The notes beneath the pieces are model-generated. The model saw only the letters and a program-made list of their open reading frames with translations, searched no databases and had not been told where the DNA came from. A DNA stretch of 63,699 bases, counting the filler. It is 5 parts of 5 records of this genome, joined end to end, with 100 filler letters (N's around TTAATTAATTAA, not from the genome) between each part and the next. Parts side by side here need not be neighbours in the genome. Positions count along the whole stretch, not along the records: positions 38,243 to 63,699 come from DRR723986_6444; 4 more parts are not named here. One strand, 5' to 3'. Below, piece after piece: positions 56,494 through 63,699 of the stretch. The translations under genes and the position numbers were made by a program. How positions within the stretch are numbered: position 1 is the stretch's first letter; the number at the start of each line of letters is the position of its first letter.

Positions 56494-57572
56494 CATCTGA
56501 TCACGCCATTTGGGCCTCTCTGCCGGTTCCGGCCTTTTTGATCGATGATCAGGATCGCATTGCTGACGTGAATTCAGCAGGCGAAGGGTTCCTGAACGCA
56601 TCTGCCAAAGCAATCACCGGACATCCCGTGTGGGATCAGATCGCGATTGATGCGCCCATCGAAGAAGCTTTTGAGCGAGCGCGATCAAATGGAACACCCT
56701 TGTTTGTAAACGACATCGATGTTGGGTCCGGTCAACGTGCACCGCTACAGTGCGCATTGCAGATCGCACCATTGCAAGGGCACCCGGGAACCATGATCTT
56801 GATCATAACCCCGCGTGAGCTGGCGGGGCGGATGACCCAAAATCATTCGGTAAAATCAGCAGCCCAATCCGCCATTGGTATGGCTGAAATGTTGGCGCAT
56901 GAAATCAAGAACCCGCTGGCCGGTATCACCGGAGCAGCGCAACTCCTTAGCATGAACCTTGCACCAGAAGACCTTGAATTAACAGATCTTATTGTTGAAG
57001 AGAGCCGCCGGATCGTTAAGCTTTTGGAGCAGGTTGAGCAGTTTGGAAATCTATCGGCCCCGGATTTTAAACCAGTCAATATCCATGATGTATTGGATCG
57101 TGCACGTCGATCCGCTGTGTTGGGATTTGGCGCCCATATGATCATCATTGAGGATTACGATCCCTCGTTGCCTATGGCCTATGGGGATCCAGACCAGTTG
57201 TTGCAGGTCATCTTGAACCTGCTCAAAAACGCATCAGAAGCCGCGACCTCGAAGGGCGGTACCATTCGGTTGCGCAGTTATTATGAGCATTCGTTCCGGA
57301 TGCGGCGCAGCGATGGCACGGGACAATCGTTGCCATTGCAGATTGAAATTATCGACGATGGTCCAGGACTGCCGGAAAAAATAAGGGCCGATATCTTTGA
57401 TCCGTTTGTTTCGGGACGCGAAAACGGAACTGGGCTCGGCCTTGCTCTGGTGAGCAAGACTATCTCGGATCACGACGGTTGGATTTCGGTCACCTCGGTT
57501 CCGGGCAGAACGGTGTTTCGATTGTCCCTACCGCGAGTTCCGCGCCCCAAATCACAAGAGGAGTCACACTGA
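56490..57572 (+). CDS. ntrB: Nitrogen regulation sensor kinase
   Basis: PAS domain, '[16 protein letters not shown]', 'DDGPG', 'GTGLGL'. Confidence 0.93.
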   Translation: MTSDHAIWASLPVPAFLIDDQDRIADVNSAGEGFLNASAKAITGHPVWDQIAIDAPIEEAFERARSNGTPLFVNDIDVGSGQRAPLQCALQIAPLQGHPGTMILIITPRELAGRMTQNHSVKSAAQSAIGMAEMLAHEIKNPLAGITGAAQLLSMNLAPEDLELTDLIVEESRRIVKLLEQVEQFGNLSAPDFKPVNIHDVLDRARRSAVLGFGAHMIIIEDYDPSLPMAYGDPDQLLQVILNLLKNASEAATSKGGTIRLRSYYEHSFRMRRSDGTGQSLPLQIEIIDDGPGLPEKIRADIFDPFVSGRENGTGLGLALVSKTISDHDGWISVTSVPGRTVFRLSLPRVPRPKSQEESH

Positions 57573-58939
57573 TGGATGGTACTGTACTGGTCGCCGATGA
57601 TGACCGCACAATTCGTACGGTTCTGACGCAGGCGCTGACCCGTGCCGGGTGCAAGGTTCACGCGACCAGCTCTTTGACGACGCTGATGCGATGGGTTGCC
57701 GAGGGAAAGGGCGATGTGGTCATTTCCGATGTCGTCATGCCCGACGGCAACGGACTGGAAATGCTGCCTAAAATCGCAGAGGATCGACCAGGGTTACCGG
57801 TTATCGTGATTTCTGCCCAGAACACGATCATGACGGCCATACAGGCGGCCGAGGCCGAAGCTTATGATTACCTGCCGAAACCGTTTGACCTGCCCGATTT
57901 GATGAAACGCACAGCGCGCGCGCTAGATCAGAAACAGCGACACTCATCGCCGGTACGAGAAAGCGGCTCTGAGCGACCCGAAGAATTGCCCCTTGTGGGG
58001 CGCACGCCTGTAATGCAGTCGCTCTATCGATTGATCGCCAAGGTCATGAACACTGATTTGCCAGTGGTGATATCAGGCGAAAGCGGAACAGGAAAATCTT
58101 TGATTGCACGGGCATTGCATGATTTTTCAGATCGCAGAACGCTGCCGTTTGTGACGGTAACGGGCGCAGACTTGCAAGATCTCGAAGGGCCAGCACGTGT
58201 TTTGGCGCGAGTTAAGGGGGGCACGTTGCTGGTGGATGAAATTGCCGATCTCGACGACGAGGTGCAGGGGCGTTTGGTGCGCATGATCGATGCCCCGGGT
58301 GAGCATGTGCCGCGGTTCATGGCGACAAGCCAAGGCGATCTAGCTGCGGCGATGGAGGCCGGCCAGGTCCGGCAAGACCTCTATTATCGTTTGTGTGGGG
58401 CGCCTTTGCATGTTCCGGCTGTGCGCGAGCGCGTAGATGACATTCCGCTTTTGACAGAGCATTTTCTGGCCAAAGCCGAGCGGGAAGGCATGCCAAAACG
58501 CTGGTTGAGCGCAGATGCAGCGGACTTGTTCCGGATTTATTCCTGGCCGGGCAATGTTCGCCAGTTGGAAAATGCCATCCGGCGGTTGGGATTAACTAGC
58601 CGTGCAGACGAGATCACCCGAGCTGAGGTTGAGACGGTCTTAGGGAGTCAGCCAGAGGTCGAGCCTGTGCTGGGAGGCGGGGACCGGGAAAAACTCTCTG
58701 CGTCAGTTGCACGGCACCTGCGTCGGTATTTTGACCTGCATGGGAACATGTTGCCGCCACCGGGGCTCTATCCGCGAATCTTACGCGAGATAGAGGCACC
58801 CTTGATCGAGATTGCGCTTGATGCGACAGGTGGAAACCAGGCGAAATGCGCGGACCTGTTAGGCATTAACCGTAATACGTTGCGGAAAAAAATCACGGAC
58901 CTCGATATTCAGGTGACACGGCGCCGCAAACTGATGTAA
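57572..58939 (+). CDS. ntrC: Nitrogen regulation response regulator
   Basis: Receiver domain, GESGTGKS, '[10 protein letters not shown]', Fis-type HTH; GAFTGA loop absent. Confidence 0.93.
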   Translation: MDGTVLVADDDRTIRTVLTQALTRAGCKVHATSSLTTLMRWVAEGKGDVVISDVVMPDGNGLEMLPKIAEDRPGLPVIVISAQNTIMTAIQAAEAEAYDYLPKPFDLPDLMKRTARALDQKQRHSSPVRESGSERPEELPLVGRTPVMQSLYRLIAKVMNTDLPVVISGESGTGKSLIARALHDFSDRRTLPFVTVTGADLQDLEGPARVLARVKGGTLLVDEIADLDDEVQGRLVRMIDAPGEHVPRFMATSQGDLAAAMEAGQVRQDLYYRLCGAPLHVPAVRERVDDIPLLTEHFLAKAEREGMPKRWLSADAADLFRIYSWPGNVRQLENAIRRLGLTSRADEITRAEVETVLGSQPEVEPVLGGGDREKLSASVARHLRRYFDLHGNMLPPPGLYPRILREIEAPLIEIALDATGGNQAKCADLLGINRNTLRKKITDLDIQVTRRRKLM

Positions 58940-59038
58940 TATCGCCACACAAACCGTGGCATCCATGCTTCAGTATGGAAAAGACCACGATATATGGCGG
59001 TTCGTTGCGCAAGCGACACATCAGAATGAGGGCAGCAA

Positions 59039-61324
59039 GTGGCAACTCGGTCACAGCAAGGGCCGATCAATTGGATCAGTCGAGTGCGGAAAACCAGAAG
59101 GGCTCGTAGTATCGGGACCTTAGGACTGGTTGTATTGGGTCCAGTTCTGACGCTGGCGACCTATCTCGTTTTTGGCCCATTTGATTTGGGGGTATCTGCC
59201 CCGGCGCTGCGATTCATTTTGCTCGCTGATCTGGTGTATATTCTTGTTCTGGCCGCCTTGGTGCTGGGGCAGGTGGGGCGATTGGTTGCTGCGCGCCGGG
59301 CTAAGTCAGCGGGGTCCAGGCTTCATCTCAGGTTGATCGGTGTTTTCACTCTGTTGGCGCTTATTCCCACAGTGACGGTGGCGATCTTTGCCGGTTTGAC
59401 GGTGAATATCGGCCTCGAGGGGTGGTTCTCTGATCGGGTTCGCGAGGTTGTCGGATCGTCGTTGTCAGCAGCGGAAGCGTATGAAGACGAGCATCAGCAA
59501 GGGCTTAGTCAAGACGCGCTCGCATTGGCTCGGTTTTTGGATCAGGCACGTGGGCGAAACTTCTTTATAAGTGACGCTGAGCTGCGCAGCGTTCTGGCGC
59601 AGGGGCAATCCCAAATTCAGCGGGGGTTGCGTGAGGCTTATGTGATTGATGGGGTTGGCGACATTCGCGCGCGTGGTGATCGATCCTATCTTTTTGATTT
59701 CGAACAACCGAGCAAAGAACAAATCAGCGATTCAACCGCGAGCGGGCAGTTGATTATCCAAGACTGGGACAACAACGAATTCCGGGCTTTGGTGCCGTTA
59801 CAAGCCTATGTTGATCGGTACCTGTATGTCAGTCGCGATGTCGATGGACAGATCCTGAATCTGCTGGATGATACCAAAGAAACCGTGCGCTTGTACCAAC
59901 AATTGGAAAGTGATCGAGGCCGGGTCCTGTTTGAGTTCGGCTTGTTGTATCTAGGGTTCGCCGTGATCCTGATTTTGGCCGCTGTCTGGTTGGGGCTTTG
60001 GTTTGCTGAGCGTCTGTCGCGCCCTGTTGGGCGGTTGACGACGGCTGCGCAAAGGGTCGGCGCTGGAGATCTGGGTGTGCAGGTTGTCGAAGAAGAAGGG
60101 GATGATGAGATCGCCATGCTTGGGCGGTACTTCAACCAAATGACGCGCCAGCTCAAAGGCCAACGGGATGCTTTGCTGGAAAACACGCATCACATCGAAA
60201 TGCGTCGGCGTATGTTTGACTCGGTTTTGTCCTCGGTCACATCTGGCGTGGTTGGGTTGGATTCTGAGGGTCGTGTGACCTTTGTGAATCGTTCGGCAGA
60301 GCGTTTGTTGGATTGGCATGGGGATGAGCGAACGTTGGCCTTGGGGGTTGCGGTGCCCGAGTTTTTGCCATTGTTCGAAGTCCTGCAATCAAGCGGATCC
60401 GAGAGCGTACAGGACGAGGTTAAGGTGACGCGCAAAGGGCAGTTGGAAAACCTGTTGGTCCGAATGGCGACGCGGCGTGGCGAAGATAGTGGTCTTGAGG
60501 GATATGTGGTCGCGTTTGATGATGTGACGGATCTGGTTAGTGCTCAGCGAATGGCGGCCTGGGGCGATGTTGCTCGTCGTATTGCGCATGAAATCAAGAA
60601 CCCGCTGACACCAATTCAGCTGAGTGCGGAGCGGATCAAAAGGAAATTTGCCCGTATGTTGCCGGATGATGACCGGGAGAATATGGAATCCATGACCGGC
60701 GTAATTATTCGTCAAACCAACGATCTACGGCGCATTGTTGATGAATTTTCCAAGTTTGCGCGGATGCCTGCGCCCGAAAAACAGGAAGAGAACCTGACTC
60801 GATTGGTCCGTGACGCAGTTCTTTTGCAACAAACTGGCCAACCTGATGTGCAAATTCGCTTGGTTTTGCCTGATCAGGAATTGCTTGCAGATATCGACGC
60901 GACCATGTTGGGGCAAGCGTTGACGAACCTGATCAAGAATGCAGGTGAGGCAATCGAGACTTTAAAGGCCGAAGATACAGTCATAGGCCTGATCCCTCAA
61001 ATCGAAGTGACACTCAATTCTGTTGAGAATGGCAGTGTCATCACTATTGCCGACAATGGGATAGGACTGCCCGAGGATCGGGCTCGGTTGTTTGAACCCT
61101 ATGTGACAACACGGGACGAAGGGACAGGCCTTGGCCTCCCGATTGTTAAGAAAATCATCGAAGAACACGGCGGTACGCTCATTCTTGAGGATGCGCCGGT
61201 TTTTGACGGGCAAAGCCATTTCGGAGCGAAGGCGGTTATCCGACTTCCGAAATCAGAACGGCAGCCTAAACAAGCACCATCTGTTCTGGTGCCAAAGACA
61301 AACAGTGAAAGCAGGGTAATATGA
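59039..61324 (+). CDS. ntrY: Sensor histidine kinase NtrY
   Basis: TM helices, HAMP, PAS, '[26 protein letters not shown]'. Confidence 0.95.
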   Translation: MATRSQQGPINWISRVRKTRRARSIGTLGLVVLGPVLTLATYLVFGPFDLGVSAPALRFILLADLVYILVLAALVLGQVGRLVAARRAKSAGSRLHLRLIGVFTLLALIPTVTVAIFAGLTVNIGLEGWFSDRVREVVGSSLSAAEAYEDEHQQGLSQDALALARFLDQARGRNFFISDAELRSVLAQGQSQIQRGLREAYVIDGVGDIRARGDRSYLFDFEQPSKEQISDSTASGQLIIQDWDNNEFRALVPLQAYVDRYLYVSRDVDGQILNLLDDTKETVRLYQQLESDRGRVLFEFGLLYLGFAVILILAAVWLGLWFAERLSRPVGRLTTAAQRVGAGDLGVQVVEEEGDDEIAMLGRYFNQMTRQLKGQRDALLENTHHIEMRRRMFDSVLSSVTSGVVGLDSEGRVTFVNRSAERLLDWHGDERTLALGVAVPEFLPLFEVLQSSGSESVQDEVKVTRKGQLENLLVRMATRRGEDSGLEGYVVAFDDVTDLVSAQRMAAWGDVARRIAHEIKNPLTPIQLSAERIKRKFARMLPDDDRENMESMTGVIIRQTNDLRRIVDEFSKFARMPAPEKQEENLTRLVRDAVLLQQTGQPDVQIRLVLPDQELLADIDATMLGQALTNLIKNAGEAIETLKAEDTVIGLIPQIEVTLNSVENGSVITIADNGIGLPEDRARLFEPYVTTRDEGTGLGLPIVKKIIEEHGGTLILEDAPVFDGQSHFGAKAVIRLPKSERQPKQAPSVLVPKTNSESRVI

Positions 61325-62733
61325 GTGATATTCTGATCGTTGACGACGAGCGCGATATTCGCGAACTGGTTTCTGACATTCTTCAGGATGAAGGGTATTC
61401 CACACGACTAGCAGGCAATTCAGATGATTGCATGGCTGCGATTAATGACGAGCCTCCGGGTCTGCTGATCCTCGATATCTGGCTGAAGGACAGTCGCATG
61501 GACGGGATTGATATTCTAAAGTCAGTCAAACGGGATAACCCGGATGTGCCGGTTGTGATTATCTCGGGGCATGGAAACATTGAAATCGCCGTAGCAGCGA
61601 TCAAACAGGGCGCTTACGATTTTATCGAAAAGCCCTTTAACATTGATCAACTGATGGTGGTTATTCGACGCGCGATGGAGGCATCAGTCCTGCGCCGTGA
61701 GAACAGCTCGCTCAAGCGGCGTGAGGTGACCAATGCCGAAATGATCGGGAACTCGGCGTCTTATCGCACCATGTTGGGACAGCTGGATAAAGTCACCAAA
61801 TCGAATGGGCGTGTCATGCTTAAGGGGCCTGCAGGTTCCGGCAAGGAAATCGCTGCGCGCTATATTCACGCCAATTCCAATCGAGCAAATGCACCTTTTG
61901 TGACGGTGAACTGTGCGGGTATCGAACCGGATCGTGTTGAAGAGGTTCTGTTTGGGCGCGAAACATCAGAACGCGGAATTGAAACTGGTTTGCTTGAGCA
62001 AGCTCATGGTGGTGTCGTTTACTTCGACGAAGTCGCGGATATGCCATTGGGCACACAGTCCAAGATCCTGCGCGTGTTGGTTGATCAGCAATTCCAACGT
62101 GTTGGTGGCGCAGACAAGGTGCGGGTCGATTTGCGCGTCATTTCGTCGACAAACAAGGACCTGGACACTGAAATTCAGGCGGATCGGTTCCGCGAAGAAT
62201 TGTACCATCGTTTGAACGTGGTCCCGATTGCGGTTCCCTCTCTTGAAGAGCGCCGCGAAGATATTCCGGTTTTGGCAGAGCATTTCATTGAGATGTGCAA
62301 TGGCACCCAAGGCTTGCCCTTACGTGAACTCAGCGACGAAGCGATTGCTTTGCTGCAAACCATGATCTGGCCGGGCAACGTTCGTCAGCTCAAAAATCTG
62401 GTCGAACGCGTTCTTATTTTGGGCGACAGCACAGGTCCAATCGAAGCGCGAGAACTACCGAATGACGAAGAGAAGACCACCGAGGATGGTCGGGTCGTGT
62501 TGTCCGGAGCGCTTGCTACATTGCCCTTGCGAGAAGCGCGTGAAGCGTTCGAGCGGGAGTATCTGCTTACACAGATCAATCGCTTCGGAGGCAACATCAG
62601 CCGTACAGCCAGCTTTGTTGGGATGGAGCGGAGCGCCCTGCATCGTAAGTTGAAATCGCTTGGCGTGGTCACGTCAAACAAAGCCGGGGCGCGGGTCGCG
62701 CATGTCGATGATGTGGAGGAGACGGTGGAATAA
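61321..62733 (+). CDS. ntrX: Response regulator NtrX
   Basis: 'LDIWL', 'ISGHGNIE', AAA+ domain, 'MERSALHRKLK'. Confidence 0.95.
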   Translation: MSDILIVDDERDIRELVSDILQDEGYSTRLAGNSDDCMAAINDEPPGLLILDIWLKDSRMDGIDILKSVKRDNPDVPVVIISGHGNIEIAVAAIKQGAYDFIEKPFNIDQLMVVIRRAMEASVLRRENSSLKRREVTNAEMIGNSASYRTMLGQLDKVTKSNGRVMLKGPAGSGKEIAARYIHANSNRANAPFVTVNCAGIEPDRVEEVLFGRETSERGIETGLLEQAHGGVVYFDEVADMPLGTQSKILRVLVDQQFQRVGGADKVRVDLRVISSTNKDLDTEIQADRFREELYHRLNVVPIAVPSLEERREDIPVLAEHFIEMCNGTQGLPLRELSDEAIALLQTMIWPGNVRQLKNLVERVLILGDSTGPIEARELPNDEEKTTEDGRVVLSGALATLPLREAREAFEREYLLTQINRFGGNISRTASFVGMERSALHRKLKSLGVVTSNKAGARVAHVDDVEETVE

Positions 62734-62772
62734 TCCACCGTCATGACGGCAAACAGAATATCCTTAAGGGGC

Positions 62773-63261
62773 TTAATTCTGTTTGCTTTTCACTTGTGAA
62801 ATGATCTGAAAGCTACCGTCCTCGTTTTTAAGGTAGCAGGAACTTTCCGTGAGCGAGGGCAGGGTTGTTGTTGTGGCGATTGGCGCGTTTGCTTTGACGC
62901 CGGCGCTACAAAGTGGAATTGAAACAGGGGAATATCCCTTGTTTGCCATGCATTGGGTCAAGACGCGGTTGCGTAGATCTTTGTTGACGTCCACAGAATA
63001 GATGCCTCCATCGACCCAATATCCCGGTCGATACCAACAGTTTCCAGCACTGTTACATATTGATGAGCCGGGGTAATAAATCGGCGGGCGTTGCCGGATC
63101 TGCTCGGATACCGGAACATCTTTCAACGCTTTGACTTCGCAATTGGTTTCGTCTGTTTGGAGTCGTGTGACTGTGGCACCGGGTTTGTAATATACATCAA
63201 GTGGTCCGGTGCAGGCACCGAGCACGAGCGTAAGCGACAGAAAAGGAATAGAAACTCTCAT
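62773..63261 (-). CDS. Cys-rich lipoprotein, hypothetical
   Basis: Lipobox LGAC; six further Cys; 'QCMANKGY'. Confidence 0.75.
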   Translation of the reverse strand: MRVSIPFLSLTLVLGACTGPLDVYYKPGATVTRLQTDETNCEVKALKDVPVSEQIRQRPPIYYPGSSICNSAGNCWYRPGYWVDGGIYSVDVNKDLRNRVLTQCMANKGYSPVSIPLCSAGVKANAPIATTTTLPSLTESSCYLKNEDGSFQIISQVKSKQN

Positions 63262-63360
63262 TGGGCTATTGTGCGAGGTTGGGTTCCATTTGACAATTGA
63301 ATTGACGCTCCAAATTGCATCTGCCATTCAAAACATTCAGGCATTAAAGGGCCCAAAACC

Positions 63361-63699
63361 ATGAAGGTAATCATTTGCGGTGCAGGTCAGGTCGGATGGC
63401 AGATTGCGCGCCACCTATCCGGAGAGCACAACGATGTGACTGTGGTGGATAGCAACCCAGATCTGGTTCGTCGGGCTACGGATTCGTTAGACGTCCAGGG
63501 CATTGCTGGATTCGCCAGCTATCCTGATGTTCTGGATCGGGCCGGTGCACGGGATGCCGACATGATCATCGCTGCCACCCATTCGGATGAGGTCAACATG
63601 GTGACCTGTCAGGTGGCGCATTCGGTGTTTGGCATCCAGCGTAAAATCGCCCGGCTTCGATCCCAGAGCTATCTGACGGCCATCTATTCCGATCTCTAT
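63361..63699 (+). CDS. trkA: Trk potassium uptake NAD-binding subunit (runs off window)
   Basis: Manual translation MKVIICGAGQVGWQIARHLSGEHNDVTVVD... Confidence 0.93.
   Translation, partial: MKVIICGAGQVGWQIARHLSGEHNDVTVVDSNPDLVRRATDSLDVQGIAGFASYPDVLDRAGARDADMIIAATHSDEVNMVTCQVAHSVFGIQRKIARLRSQSYLTAIYSDLY

Noticed and set aside
58944-58960. GCCAC-N7-GTGGC palindrome between ntrC and ntrY
   Set aside because: Short stem, no U-tract and a single copy; cannot tell operator from chance

Overview
The window is not one locus. It is five unrelated contigs joined by 100-nt linkers (N44-TTAATTAATTAA-N44) at 9930-10029, 20916-21015, 28060-28159 and 38143-38242. Contig 1 (1-9929) looks FCB/Bacteroidota-like. 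It carries tRNA-Leu(TAA), a small tRNA-like element with its own candidate promoter and hairpin, two paralogous lipoproteins, VOC/GNAT/DoxX genes, a GH92 mannosidase with a T9SS-type C-terminal domain and a truncated tyrosine integrase. Contigs 2-5 are Rhodobacterales (Roseobacter-like). Contig 2 has thrS, hydrolases and the phaZ-phaC-phaP-phaR cluster. Contig 3 has the serA end, an XRE regulator, kbl-[CysK-like]-tdh and a thiolase. Contig 4 is visibly more GC-rich and has the ETF-QO end, TPR protein, ispE, polyprenyl synthase, apt and mtnP. Contig 5 has tRNA-Leu(TAG), pseudogene debris, a TetR/MDR/Liv-ABC/acyl-CoA ligase/molybdoenzyme cluster, amt, cinA-pgpA-ispDF, dusB-ntrBC-ntrYX and trkA. 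The strongest leads are: (i) a 45-nt acceptor-stem plus T-arm mini-tRNA at 881-925 with compensatory changes relative to the neighbouring tRNA-Leu; (ii) a CUCCUCCC-loop hairpin sRNA candidate in the phaP 3' UTR; (iii) a five-copy palindromic operator TCYR-NN-AT-NN-YRGA linking an XRE-cupin regulator to a kbl-CysK-like-tdh operon. All calls come from reading the sequence and recalling family motifs; no searches were run.
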